Part shown: piece after piece, positions 54,335 to 64,000 of the stretch
Numbering within the stretch: position 1 is the stretch's first letter
Layout: every line of letters starts with the position of its first letter
Virus record (IMG/VR): IMGVR_UViG_3300025723_000013
Direction: 5' to 3' (one strand)
DNA: 64,000 nt
Origin: a virus
Lineage: Duplodnaviria > Caudoviricetes
The notes under the pieces: model-generated
Database searches by the model: none
Told to the model about the DNA's origin: nothing
Seen by the model: the letters and a program-made list of their open reading frames with translations, nothing else
Position numbers and translations under genes: made by a program

Positions 54335-55534
54335 TTGCCTCGTTTGAGTATGTATAGACCCGAAAAGGGCAATGATTTCAAAATGATTGATCGCTTAATC
54401 AACGAAGAATTTCAAGTGGGCGGCACAGACATTTTCATTCACAAGTATTTGGGACCTGTGGCTCCTGCTGCGGGCACATCTACCCCTACTGAGCCGGTTA
54501 ATACCAATGCAGTGCCGGAATTGGGCATACAAGACGTGTTACTGATGGAAAACCGTGACAGGAACTACGAGCCCGATGTTTATGTGATCCGTGGCATTTA
54601 TACCATGTTAGATACCGTTTTCAATCTGGCGCAATTTGGACTGTTCCTTAACAACGATGAAATACTGTTGCATTTCCATCTAAGAAGCAGTGTGGAATCA
54701 CTGGGAAGAAAAATCATGGCGGGAGATGTTTTTGAGCTTCCTCACATGAAAGATGAATATGCCTTGGACAACCCCAGCATTGAAGTGGCCTTAAAAAGAT
54801 ACTATGTTGTAACAGAAGTCACGCGCCCCAGTGTAGGATTCAGCCAAACATGGTATCCTCATTTGATAAGATGCAAGTGTCATCCCCTAGTTGACAGCCA
54901 AGAATATGCACAGATATTTGCACAAGACAGCGGAAACGGCGATGGCAGCACTCTAAAAGATATACTCAGTACCTATAATCAAAGCATAGCGATCAATAAT
55001 TCCATAATTGCTCAGGCAGAATCGGATGCCTTGCTAAGTGGATATGATACAAATGGGTTTTATGTTATACCTACTGATAATTGGGTATCAGTTGTGACCG
55101 AAGATGCAAGCGATAGTGTTAACACGGTTGACAGTGAGACTGCTGCGCTAGACGCCAGCATAATTTTGAGTTCTCCTACCAATAATTTTTATGTCAGTTA
55201 CTTAACAGATGCCATTCCGCCAAACGGAGCTCCTTACACATATGGAGTTGAATTTCCAACACCGGGTGCTATTGGACAGTTTCATTTAAGGACAGATTAT
55301 TATCCAAATACTCTTTTTAGATGGAATGGAGCTCATTGGGTGATGTTTGAACAGAATGTTCGCATGACCATGACCAATAAACCGCTGAATGGAATTGGTC
55401 AACCCAATGATCAAACACGTCAAACACAAAAATTCTCTTTCATTAATAATACCAACACAGCCACAATTGCTGGCGAGGTAGTACAGGAAAGACAATTCTT
55501 AAGCAAGATTCTTTTACCAAAGGCAGATAATTAA
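54335..55534 (+). CDS. Neck/head-closure protein gp14-like
   Basis: IQDVLLMENRDR, QFGLFL, GRKIMAGDV; TTG start with AGGAG. Confidence 0.75.
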   Translation: MPRLSMYRPEKGNDFKMIDRLINEEFQVGGTDIFIHKYLGPVAPAAGTSTPTEPVNTNAVPELGIQDVLLMENRDRNYEPDVYVIRGIYTMLDTVFNLAQFGLFLNNDEILLHFHLRSSVESLGRKIMAGDVFELPHMKDEYALDNPSIEVALKRYYVVTEVTRPSVGFSQTWYPHLIRCKCHPLVDSQEYAQIFAQDSGNGDGSTLKDILSTYNQSIAINNSIIAQAESDALLSGYDTNGFYVIPTDNWVSVVTEDASDSVNTVDSETAALDASIILSSPTNNFYVSYLTDAIPPNGAPYTYGVEFPTPGAIGQFHLRTDYYPNTLFRWNGAHWVMFEQNVRMTMTNKPLNGIGQPNDQTRQTQKFSFINNTNTATIAGEVVQERQFLSKILLPKADN

Positions 55535-56982
55535 TGTCTCAATTTGCATATGATGGACAAATAAGAAGATTCCTAACTCAGTTTATGCGGCTGATGAGTA
55601 ATTTTTGCTATCAAGACAGCAGCGGAAAAATTATACAGGTTCCTGTACGTTACGGGGACATGAATAGACAGGTTGCTCAAATCCTAAACAAAAATACCGA
55701 AAACGTCATGCCCACTGCTCCTTTTATTTCTTGCTATATTAAAGATCTCAAATTTGATCGAGAACGCATGCAGGATCCATCATTCGTTGGAAAACTCAAT
55801 ATCAGAGAAAGAGATTACGATGCACAAGGTAATGAATATTTAAATACTCAAGGAGCCAACTATACCATTGAACGCTTGATGCCCACTCCTTACAAGATCA
55901 CTTTCAATGCAGACATATGGACCAGCAATACCGATCAAAAGTTCCAATTATGGGAGCAAATCACAGTGCTTTTCAATCCCAGCATGGAACTACAGATGTC
56001 GGACAATTATGTGGATTGGACCAGTTTGAGTGTGTTAGAAATAACCGACGGCAGTGTTTTTGAATCAAGGCAGATTCCACAGGGAACAAACAACGACATC
56101 AGCATAGCCACATTGCAGTTCATGGCACCGGTATGGATAACACCTCCTGCTAAGGTCAAACAGCTGGGTATAATAACCAAGATTATTTCCAATGTTTTCC
56201 TAGAACCCACAGGCACAGGGGCAGCAGGAGGATATAACGATGCCATACTTGGTGGTAACATATTTGGAGGACAAACTCCTGATACCAGAGTGACTGTTAC
56301 CCCGGGCAATTATGATCTATTGGTATTGGACAACACTGCGGTACTGGTTCCTTCAAATGAAGCATCGATAAGTGAAACTTGGATATCGGTTGACAGTGTT
56401 CCAAACAGACCCTCTTGGTTATCTCTATTAGATCTATATCCGGGAAAATTTACCTCAGGATTGAGCCAATTGAGATTACTCAAACCCACCGGCAACGAAA
56501 TAGTGGCATTCATGACATTGAATCCCACCAACGATTCCTTGATGCAATTGAATATTGATCCCGACACGGTGCCTGCCAACACAGTGTTAACCGACTATTC
56601 CGGAAATTTCAGTCGCGGAACCATTGACGCCATTGTCAATCCCTTGATCTTGGATCCCGGTTCAGCCAATGGAAAAAACATTGACCGTAGATATTTGATA
56701 TTGAAAGATGTGTTGCTCAACGATTCAATACAAGGACCAGCTGCCTGGGCCAGCTTTAATTCACTGTCAGGCAATAGCGATTCCTTGCAGGCTCGAGCCA
56801 ATGATATCATACAGTGGGATGGGGAGAAATGGAGAATATTGTTTGATGCCACCAAAACTGCTAACTCCTCTACCTACATCACCAATGCCTACACCGGCAT
56901 ACAGTACATGTGGAATGGCACGCAATGGTCCAAATCATTTGAAGGCATCTACGATAACTACAGTTGGAGAATGATCTTGTGA
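55534..56982 (+). CDS. Tail terminator gp15-like with C-terminal extension
   Basis: YDGQIRRF, VPVRYG, MPTPY, EQITVLFNP. Confidence 0.75.
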   Translation: MSQFAYDGQIRRFLTQFMRLMSNFCYQDSSGKIIQVPVRYGDMNRQVAQILNKNTENVMPTAPFISCYIKDLKFDRERMQDPSFVGKLNIRERDYDAQGNEYLNTQGANYTIERLMPTPYKITFNADIWTSNTDQKFQLWEQITVLFNPSMELQMSDNYVDWTSLSVLEITDGSVFESRQIPQGTNNDISIATLQFMAPVWITPPAKVKQLGIITKIISNVFLEPTGTGAAGGYNDAILGGNIFGGQTPDTRVTVTPGNYDLLVLDNTAVLVPSNEASISETWISVDSVPNRPSWLSLLDLYPGKFTSGLSQLRLLKPTGNEIVAFMTLNPTNDSLMQLNIDPDTVPANTVLTDYSGNFSRGTIDAIVNPLILDPGSANGKNIDRRYLILKDVLLNDSIQGPAAWASFNSLSGNSDSLQARANDIIQWDGEKWRILFDATKTANSSTYITNAYTGIQYMWNGTQWSKSFEGIYDNYSWRMIL

Positions 56983-57404
56983 AAGAGATAATTTGTTCAG
57001 GTGGTTTGTTCTTGGCCGAGAATACCAAACGTTTTTTATTTTTGTTTAGATCACAGGGCAAGACTGCAGATACCTGGGGATTGGTAGGAGGGAAAAAAGA
57101 CCCTGCTGATCTTACTCCTTATGATACCTTGGTAAGAGAAATTGATGAAGAGGTAGGAGTGACTCCTACCATTAAGAAAATGATTCCTTTGGAACTGTTT
57201 ACCAGCAATGATCAATTGTTCCAATACAATACTTACGTGTTACTGGTTGATAAGGAGTTCACTCCTGCCTTGAATGAGGAACACAAAGCGTATGCCTGGT
57301 GTGATCTTTATGCCTGGCCTAAACCGCTTCATCGCGGAGTCAAAAGCAGTTTATCCAATCGGATTATAAAAAGCAAATTAGAAATTTTATTAGAACTTAT
57401 TTAA
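56964..57404 (+). CDS. NUDIX hydrolase
   Basis: GGKKD...TLVREIDEEVG. Confidence 0.85.
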   Translation: MENDLVKEIICSGGLFLAENTKRFLFLFRSQGKTADTWGLVGGKKDPADLTPYDTLVREIDEEVGVTPTIKKMIPLELFTSNDQLFQYNTYVLLVDKEFTPALNEEHKAYAWCDLYAWPKPLHRGVKSSLSNRIIKSKLEILLELI

Positions 57405-57407
57405 ATA

Positions 57408-58022
57408 TTATTTAAATTTAGGACCCGACAGCCACACAACTAGAGTTCTTCTCACTCCTCCAGTCACTGGAGTTACTCGATGCATGGTATAACTGGGAAA
57501 TGCATAGATCATGCCCTGCTGTTTTTTCAATTTTTCCGGTTCTGGTCCGGTAAAAATCTCCAAATGTCCACCTTCGTATTCAGACGGATCACTGAGCTGT
57601 ATCACCAAAGACAATTTCCTAGGTGCAGCATTGGCGATACCTTTGTCCATATGCCAAGTATAATGACCCGGAGCTATTTCCAAGGAACCTTCATACACAG
57701 TATATTGTATCAGCTCCACAAATCCAAATAAATCAAGTTGGAAAAATTGGCCATTTAATTCTCTAGCAATGTGCCCAATTCTATCATAGATAAATTGTGT
57801 GTCACTGTTGAGTGGCAGCCAAGACACTTTGGAATTTCTTACCTCTAAATCACATCTGCTGTTGTCTCCGGTGCCAACTTTGGCCTGTTCCAATCTCAAG
57901 CCATATTCGCCAATTTCATTTATGCGATGGATTTCATCATTGGAAAATGCAAAGGATCTGAAAGCATAAGGAGGTTCTTTACAGGCAAGATCAGGGCTAG
58001 GGGGTAACGCATAGTTAATCAT
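57408..58022 (-). CDS. 2OG-Fe(II) oxygenase (prolyl-hydroxylase-like)
   Basis: YTWHMD, RKLS, YEGG, FPS..MHRVTPV..G.R..LV.W. Confidence 0.9.
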   Translation of the reverse strand: MINYALPPSPDLACKEPPYAFRSFAFSNDEIHRINEIGEYGLRLEQAKVGTGDNSRCDLEVRNSKVSWLPLNSDTQFIYDRIGHIARELNGQFFQLDLFGFVELIQYTVYEGSLEIAPGHYTWHMDKGIANAAPRKLSLVIQLSDPSEYEGGHLEIFTGPEPEKLKKQQGMIYAFPSYTMHRVTPVTGGVRRTLVVWLSGPKFK

Positions 58023-58411
58023 GATTTTCTCTTTTTATTTTGTGATTTATAAGAATCTAATGGAATAGTAATAGGATCTTCTATCACCCCACCTTGATCA
58101 TGCTCGGCCCAATTTTTCAAATGTACGAATTTGTCGCCATACTTGGTCAAATTCAACAGTACGGTGCCTGCTTCTAGTGCGGCTATTTCATGAGGATATT
58201 CCTGTTCTTGAAAATGAAATATGGCACCTTGGGTGGCCGTATAAGACCAAGATTTTTCTGGGCCGTATATTTCGCAAGATCCTTTGAGCACTATCACATT
58301 GTGTGCATCTTCCACCATGTGATAGTGCATGGGCAACCCATCACCACGGTCGGGAAAGAAATATTGTGTGCCTCGTAAAGATCCATAGTTGTAGCCTTTC
58401 CAATGATACAT
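58019..58411 (-). CDS. Cupin-fold protein
   Basis: LPMHYH...H...VLKG, PHEI.ALE. Confidence 0.7.
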   Translation of the reverse strand: MYHWKGYNYGSLRGTQYFFPDRGDGLPMHYHMVEDAHNVIVLKGSCEIYGPEKSWSYTATQGAIFHFQEQEYPHEIAALEAGTVLLNLTKYGDKFVHLKNWAEHDQGGVIEDPITIPLDSYKSQNKKRKS

Positions 58412-58470
58412 TATAATTCCTTGGGTCGATTATGAATGTACTTATCTAATAGATGAAAGGAGAGAAAAAT

Positions 58471-59298
58471 TTAGGTCCAAGTAAATCTAACGATGCCGGA
58501 ATTGCCAGGAAGACCAGGTGCAGGGGGCGAGTTTCTGCCCCCTGATACACCACCACGCCCGCCGGCACCACCCGAAGGACTACTGACTCCTGGACCTGTG
58601 ACGCTTAATCCTCCGGTGTTGAAACACCCGGGATTTCCAGAAATATTCGTATTGCCTCCTAATCCTGCAGCACCTCCCGATCCAACCGGTCCTTGACCTC
58701 CAAAACCAAGCAAACCTTGTCCTCCTCCGGGTGCAGTCATGGAAAAAGATCCAATACTTGTACTGCTAATTGTGCTTGTGCCCCCAGGTGTGCTGCCGCT
58801 ACCGCCGGCTCCGACTGTGTAGTTTACAAAATAAGAAGGATTGGACCAATAGGTTGACCTAGGAGTTGGCAAACTGTAAGTGAGTTTTCCATAAGCTCCG
58901 CTGCCTCCGCCGCCGCCCGATCCAGGACAGCCAGGACAGCCTGGACAAGCTACAGGGCGGTATCTTCCGGTTCCGCCTCCGCCTCCGCCACCCCATGCTT
59001 CTATAGTAACTGAAAGAGTGCCGGAAGGCACAGTAGTAGTTCCCGAAAGCGGAGTATTGACTGTGGGAGCGGAATAACTAGTAGTAGTATTAGCTCCAGC
59101 CGTGGCTCCTATAAAACTGCTCAATTTCAACGGATTGGCGGCACTGTATGGACCCGAGGTAACACCGGTAGTCCCTGTAGTATTTGCAACATACTGGCCT
59201 CCTTTTACGTATGAGTTGAGGTCAGTGGCAGCAGGTTGAGGTCCTCCTGGGCCAAATCTAGTTATTACCGTGTTTAGTGTTATTGCACCACCAGACAT
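58471..59298 (-). CDS. Glycine-rich tail fibre/adhesin
   Basis: IEAWGGGGGGG, Gly/Ser/Thr-rich. Confidence 0.75.
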   Translation of the reverse strand: MSGGAITLNTVITRFGPGGPQPAATDLNSYVKGGQYVANTTGTTGVTSGPYSAANPLKLSSFIGATAGANTTTSYSAPTVNTPLSGTTTVPSGTLSVTIEAWGGGGGGGTGRYRPVACPGCPGCPGSGGGGGSGAYGKLTYSLPTPRSTYWSNPSYFVNYTVGAGGSGSTPGGTSTISSTSIGSFSMTAPGGGQGLLGFGGQGPVGSGGAAGLGGNTNISGNPGCFNTGGLSVTGPGVSSPSGGAGGRGGVSGGRNSPPAPGLPGNSGIVRFTWT

Positions 59299-59390
59299 AG
59301 CTTAATTCCTCATCCCAATTGCTCAATCACACAAGAATAATTTGTGTTGCTAGCCACGCTGAACTGTTGTGCTGTCACGCGATACATATG

Positions 59391-60488
59391 TTAGTATGCT
59401 CCTAAAAATTGTGTAATCTGCCACTGACTGCGCAAAGCGCTGTATTGCACAACAACGTCGTACTCCTTGCCCGAAGTCATAGTCAGTGGAAATGTTACTG
59501 TTGTTCCTGTTGAAGGTAACTTATAGGAGGCGCTCATGGTCAATGTGTAGGAGCCACCACTGGACAAAATGCGCAAGTAGCAGGTGTCGTTGTCTCCTGT
59601 GCCGGTTGGAGTGTTGATTGTTAAGTTATTGGTAGCGGTAATTGCATAGCGTACAACTGCATTAGCTACCACGGGTGTAATAGTTGCTGCGTAGGCTAAC
59701 GGAGTGTAGGCACTGGAGCCAGAGGCGTTGTTAGGAACTGCTACGCCATTGATGTACAGCCCTGTTGCGTTAAGCGTTCCTGCTCCTTGATTACCGCCGG
59801 TAGCTGATCCAACAACTACGCCACCGCTTGATCCAATATCCAAGGTCAATGAAAAATCGGTAATTTGGTTACCTCCCAATATTGTCGAATTAGACGAATA
59901 GAAAGAAGCGCCGCCGCCGTATCCACCTAAACGGAGAACGGTGGGTTTTACATTCGTACCGCCTTGTTTGTACCAATTTCCACTACCGTCGCCTAAATAA
60001 GCACTGCCAGTAAAGAACGCATCGTAAGCCGGAGAATTGCCAATATTAGAAGAATATCCAGCAATTACAAAACCATAAGCTGTGCCGCCATTCACTGATA
60101 AAGTTGCATTTGGCGTACTTGCATTGCTGTTGACTGAAACCAATGAGTTGTTAATTCCAACTGCAACATTGACATAATTTCCAGCTATGCCCGACGTTGT
60201 AGAATAGATAGGCGCTGCACCAAACGTCCCTGAACTGTTAATTTGAACTTGAGTATTTGAACCTGCAGGCACAGCAGTCGTTGATGTGGTAACAGAATAC
60301 CCATTTATATATACGCTTGTGGCTGTGATTGCTCCGCCAACCACTAGTCCACCGCCAATGCCTGCTCCACCTACTACTGTTAATGCGCCAGTCGTGGTAG
60401 ACGTTGACTGATTGCTGCCTGTCACAAACAGTTGCGAGTTAACTGTTGCTGTGCCGTATACTATTGTTCCTGATTGTAATTTAGCCAT
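59391..60488 (-). CDS. Tail fibre protein
   Basis: STSTTTGALTVVGGAGIGG repeat, beta-rich; TAAATA-N7-ATG. Confidence 0.75.
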   Translation of the reverse strand: MAKLQSGTIVYGTATVNSQLFVTGSNQSTSTTTGALTVVGGAGIGGGLVVGGAITATSVYINGYSVTTSTTAVPAGSNTQVQINSSGTFGAAPIYSTTSGIAGNYVNVAVGINNSLVSVNSNASTPNATLSVNGGTAYGFVIAGYSSNIGNSPAYDAFFTGSAYLGDGSGNWYKQGGTNVKPTVLRLGGYGGGASFYSSNSTILGGNQITDFSLTLDIGSSGGVVVGSATGGNQGAGTLNATGLYINGVAVPNNASGSSAYTPLAYAATITPVVANAVVRYAITATNNLTINTPTGTGDNDTCYLRILSSGGSYTLTMSASYKLPSTGTTVTFPLTMTSGKEYDVVVQYSALRSQWQITQFLGAY

Positions 60489-60521
60489 AGTGTATTATTT
60501 ATTAATTTTTGTAGTGATTAT

Positions 60522-62714
60522 TTAAACCACAGTTACCAATGTGGAATAAATGACGGTTTCGTTTGCGTCGTACACATTCAGTGTGCGATTTATTCCCGAA
60601 GTCAATTGCCCTCTATTGAACAAGAACGTGATTTGCGTTGCTGTCCATGACGTTAGTATTTGAGGTTCTGAGTATGTGCCATCTGTGATTTCCACTCGAG
60701 CCCAGGTTAGGTCATGATAGATATCAGTGACATTGAACGCATTTGGAGATCCATAATATGCATCAGGGGTACTGAGAACATTGCCGCCGTAGTTGACAAG
60801 TGCTCCGTTTCCGTTTTCTGTAGCGGTTGTGGCTGCAAACCATGTGGTTGAATTACTGAATGCTGTGCCTGCGTAAGCCAATGCAGGATAATTGGGTATA
60901 ATTATTGGTATATCGATATTGCTATTACTGTTTTGAGCGGGTAAAGAGCTGCTTTGAGCATACATAGTTTTCTGATTTATGCGATTACGCAGCAGTGTGG
61001 CTGTAGTGGCTGATCCTGCCAATATCCTGTGTTCGTATCTATTCCAATTGGTCCAATCAGGCGCGATATTTGTTGTTGTACTTTGTCCCAACCCCAAACT
61101 TCCCGCTATATTAGCTGTGGGATTAAAATTGGTGGACGTTGTCAAAATACTACCTGTATTGCCGTTAACTATATTCAGTTGCAAAGACGGAGTTAGGGAG
61201 TTAACTCCAATAATAAATTGGACTTGACCCAAACTGGTGGCGCTGGTGTACACTGTGGTTGGGCCAAACACTCTTCTAAGAAAAATATTGTTGTTAGCAG
61301 CTAGCCCTGAGGAAGGACCATTTACTTTAAGTTTATAGCTTATATATTCTCCGGCATAATTGGTACCGGTAAACCCGGACATGTTTTCCAGTAACCCCAA
61401 ATGATATCTGTCCGATACTCCTGGAGCAGGAGGAGGGTTTGAAGAAGCCTGGAAAAAATAGCCTCCTGCGGATATGTTTGCAGGAAAAATGCCATCCATA
61501 TTTTCAATGATATTTGGTGCTGGAACAGTTTGTACTGACCCGTAATTATTCCATATGGCGGTCATGCCTCCAATCACTGCGTTCCATCCTGCATCAGTGT
61601 ATGTCAAAGGTTGACCTTGATCAAAGGCTGTCCACATGTAATGCAAATGCTGTTGCCCCTGCCAGGTGTAATTATTGTAATTATAACTGACTCTTGTGCC
61701 AAATGTACCGCTGGTTGTGATTGAGTATGTCTGCCCATGTATGTATCCTGATGAAGAATTAATAGTCAGTTCATCAAAAAATCCAGAAATTTGACAGGTT
61801 CCAGTATTTGAAACACGTTTTTGCGGTGCCGATAAAAACGGTGTTAGTGTGCTGTAAGCCACTGTTCCGCTGTTGATCAACGTGAATCCGTTGCCACTAG
61901 AATCAGTAATATAGCTAGAGCTATTGGCCACTGCTAACAGCAACTGTGCATTATACACCGTCTTTAAAGGGGCCACAGATGGAGTAAAGTTACCGGTATA
62001 CACAGCCGTGTTGTTGATATATCGCAAACTGCTCATATATCCTTGATATGTTCCAGTATTGGACGAGCCTCCAATAAAAATACCCGGATCACTGTTTGTG
62101 GTAGAGGTTAAAGATCCTATACTGGTGGATGTTGTGGTATTGGTTGAAGTTGATATTACAAATGATGCACCCGCTACTCCATTAACATAGGAGGTCAGTA
62201 TTGATGCTGTGGACAAAACGCCGCCCGGCGTGCTGTTGGAAACAAATGCTATATGCGACCAAGTGCCCGTAGAAATTGGAGAGAGATAAACTGAAGAATA
62301 TCCATAAAGATTGTAAAATAAAGTTGCACTGTTGGAAGCATTGGTTATGCCAAACGCCATCCTATTATTGGCTTCATTTCCAATGCTTACAATAGTTTGT
62401 GTTGAGCTGGTGAGAGGATAAATCCAGGCCTCCAACGTGAACGGACTAAAAGACGAATACAAAGTAAAGATAGAACCCGTGTTGCTCAGCAACGATGTAG
62501 CCGATCCACTAAAATAAATAGATCCTCCTGGATTAGGAACTAACCCGTAATTTGTTACTTCATCTAAATTTCCGCTGACAAAATAAGATGATGTAGAACT
62601 GCCATTGCCGTAACTTTCTACAGAAGTTGCTCCCTTCTTGGTTACTTCATCAACTGTGGAATTGGTTAAAAAATTCCCACCGTTGGTTAATCTAGTTACA
62701 AGGGTAGACGGCAT
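60522..62714 (-). CDS. LamG/concanavalin-like domain virion protein
   Basis: FTLEAWIY, WSHIAFV, YVNG, GYMSSLRY. Confidence 0.75.
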   Translation of the reverse strand: MPSTLVTRLTNGGNFLTNSTVDEVTKKGATSVESYGNGSSTSSYFVSGNLDEVTNYGLVPNPGGSIYFSGSATSLLSNTGSIFTLYSSFSPFTLEAWIYPLTSSTQTIVSIGNEANNRMAFGITNASNSATLFYNLYGYSSVYLSPISTGTWSHIAFVSNSTPGGVLSTASILTSYVNGVAGASFVISTSTNTTTSTSIGSLTSTTNSDPGIFIGGSSNTGTYQGYMSSLRYINNTAVYTGNFTPSVAPLKTVYNAQLLLAVANSSSYITDSSGNGFTLINSGTVAYSTLTPFLSAPQKRVSNTGTCQISGFFDELTINSSSGYIHGQTYSITTSGTFGTRVSYNYNNYTWQGQQHLHYMWTAFDQGQPLTYTDAGWNAVIGGMTAIWNNYGSVQTVPAPNIIENMDGIFPANISAGGYFFQASSNPPPAPGVSDRYHLGLLENMSGFTGTNYAGEYISYKLKVNGPSSGLAANNNIFLRRVFGPTTVYTSATSLGQVQFIIGVNSLTPSLQLNIVNGNTGSILTTSTNFNPTANIAGSLGLGQSTTTNIAPDWTNWNRYEHRILAGSATTATLLRNRINQKTMYAQSSSLPAQNSNSNIDIPIIIPNYPALAYAGTAFSNSTTWFAATTATENGNGALVNYGGNVLSTPDAYYGSPNAFNVTDIYHDLTWARVEITDGTYSEPQILTSWTATQITFLFNRGQLTSGINRTLNVYDANETVIYSTLVTVV

Positions 62715-62717
62715 GAC

Positions 62718-64000
62718 TTATCCAAACACAGTATCTAAACTGTTGGTGGCTGTGTTAAAGTACTGATACACTGCACTGGTGTTAGTAACGCTTGATACCC
62801 AGTGTATGGCATTGCCTACATATAAAGCGCCTCCGATGCCCACACCACCTACCACTGTTAATGCGCCCGAATTGGTCGAGATGCTGGTCAGAGTGCTCAA
62901 TACTTGCACTGCGGCTGTGGTACTGGTTGACAGCAATAACATATCAACTGTGCTAGTAGATCCATTGAGCACAAAGTGCAAGTTGTTGTTATTGTAGGTA
63001 CCAATAGTTAAGTCGCTGCCTACTGATTCCAAGAAGCTGGCACCGGGCAAGCTGAAGCTGTTGTTGGCATATCCAGCAGCTGAATAGCTGTAGTTGGTGC
63101 TGTTAACACCCATTTCCATGTACGTGGTATAGCCATTGTTGGCCACTTCATAGCTGGCATAGGCGGTGTTGGCACTGTTGTTGTTAATTAAAACAACATT
63201 GCTATATGTGTTGTCGTTGCCGGCAAATGTGGCTATTTGTCCTGTAAATGTATTAACATAAATGCCAACATTCAATGCTCCGGCTGTGCTTGGGGTGTTT
63301 GATTGATAGGCAATATTGACGTTGCCTCCTACGCCCACTCCGCCTGAAACCTGTAAAGCTCCTGTAACAGTTGAGATCGAAGTCGCGGTATTGGTCAATG
63401 TCAATATGCTAGAGAACGGATTGGTTATTCCGCCACTTGCGCCACTGGACCCGGTGTATCCCGAAGCTGTGCTGGCTGAACCCACATATCCCTGAACGCC
63501 CAGTGTTGATGCCAGTTGCCATCCATTTGAAGAATTATCATATACAAATGTGGCCTGAATGCTCTTGACATTTAATAATATGTTTTGATTGAGGCCATTT
63601 ATATTATTGCCGTTGTTGTTTATAGTTAAATTGTTGTTAGCCCAACTAGAGCCATCCATCACCACCACAAATGAGCCCGTAGTGGGCGAGGCGGGCAAGG
63701 TCAGCGTAAATGCTCCGCCTGAAGTATCCGCAATGTATGACGTGTTGATAGTGGCCGTTGTCGCGGAAGTTATTCTTACATAATTTAGATAGCCGGAACT
63801 TCCTATAAATCCAATGCTGCCTGTATATCCGGTTGATCCTGTATATCCCGTTGATCCAACAAATCCAACAGATCCCACAAATCCTGTGGAACCCACTGAT
63901 CCGGTATATCCAACGGATCCTGTAAATCCAATGGTACCTGTGGAACCACCTGATCCTGTATATCCAACTGATCCTAGATAACCAACAGATCCGGTATAGC
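62718..64000 (-). CDS. Tail fibre with collagen-like GYTGS repeats (5' end outside window)
   Basis: (GxTGS/GSVG)n open to the window edge; TGALQVSGGVGVGG. Confidence 0.8.
   Translation of the reverse strand, partial: YTGSVGYLGSVGYTGSGGSTGTIGFTGSVGYTGSVGSTGFVGSVGFVGSTGYTGSTGYTGSIGFIGSSGYLNYVRITSATTATINTSYIADTSGGAFTLTLPASPTTGSFVVVMDGSSWANNNLTINNNGNNINGLNQNILLNVKSIQATFVYDNSSNGWQLASTLGVQGYVGSASTASGYTGSSGASGGITNPFSSILTLTNTATSISTVTGALQVSGGVGVGGNVNIAYQSNTPSTAGALNVGIYVNTFTGQIATFAGNDNTYSNVVLINNNSANTAYASYEVANNGYTTYMEMGVNSTNYSYSAAGYANNSFSLPGASFLESVGSDLTIGTYNNNNLHFVLNGSTSTVDMLLLSTSTTAAVQVLSTLTSISTNSGALTVVGGVGIGGALYVGNAIHWVSSVTNTSAVYQYFNTATNSLDTVFG

Noticed and set aside
1-64000. Alternative genetic code (stop-codon reassignment)
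   Set aside because: Core genes (terminase, sheath, helicase, UvsX) are full length in the standard code, with tight gene packing.
63780-64000. GGATCC/GGATAT tandem repeats
   Set aside because: They encode the collagen-like GYTGS repeats of a tail fibre, which is ordinary.

Overview
This is a segment of a large T4-related (jumbo-type) myophage genome. From ~27 to 64 kb it holds a mostly minus-strand, AT-rich core. Replication and recombination genes there are a Pol-beta nucleotidyltransferase, DnaB/gp41 helicase, primase, a 189-aa minimal PolIII-alpha-like protein, UvsW, UvsY, UvsX and gp32. Packaging and virion genes are large terminase, gp4, tail tube, tail sheath, dNMP kinase, neck gp13/gp14, gp15 and tail fibres. 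The first ~21 kb is visibly more GC-rich accessory DNA: two early regions of short ORFs behind near-consensus sigma70 promoters (1-4.6 kb and ~10.2-20.2 kb), one tRNA-Lys, and late genes behind TAAATA promoters. Most notable observations: (1) a 60-nt intergenic element (4590-4649) built from exact pieces of the 16S 530 loop and 23S helix 69 in permuted order; (2) a dispersed CAAATACCCCGCTG / CCCAC-GTGGG hairpin network through a ~12 kb early island with repeat-rich non-coding boundaries; (3) late proteins with T4-like capsid-targeting N-termini, including modular polyproteins and a nuclease; (4) small-gene cassettes joined by a shared GGAGTTGAA-AATGA junction; (5) a second promoter-driven structured RNA candidate at ~13.97-14.15 kb. 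All assignments come from reading motifs by eye; no searches were run.
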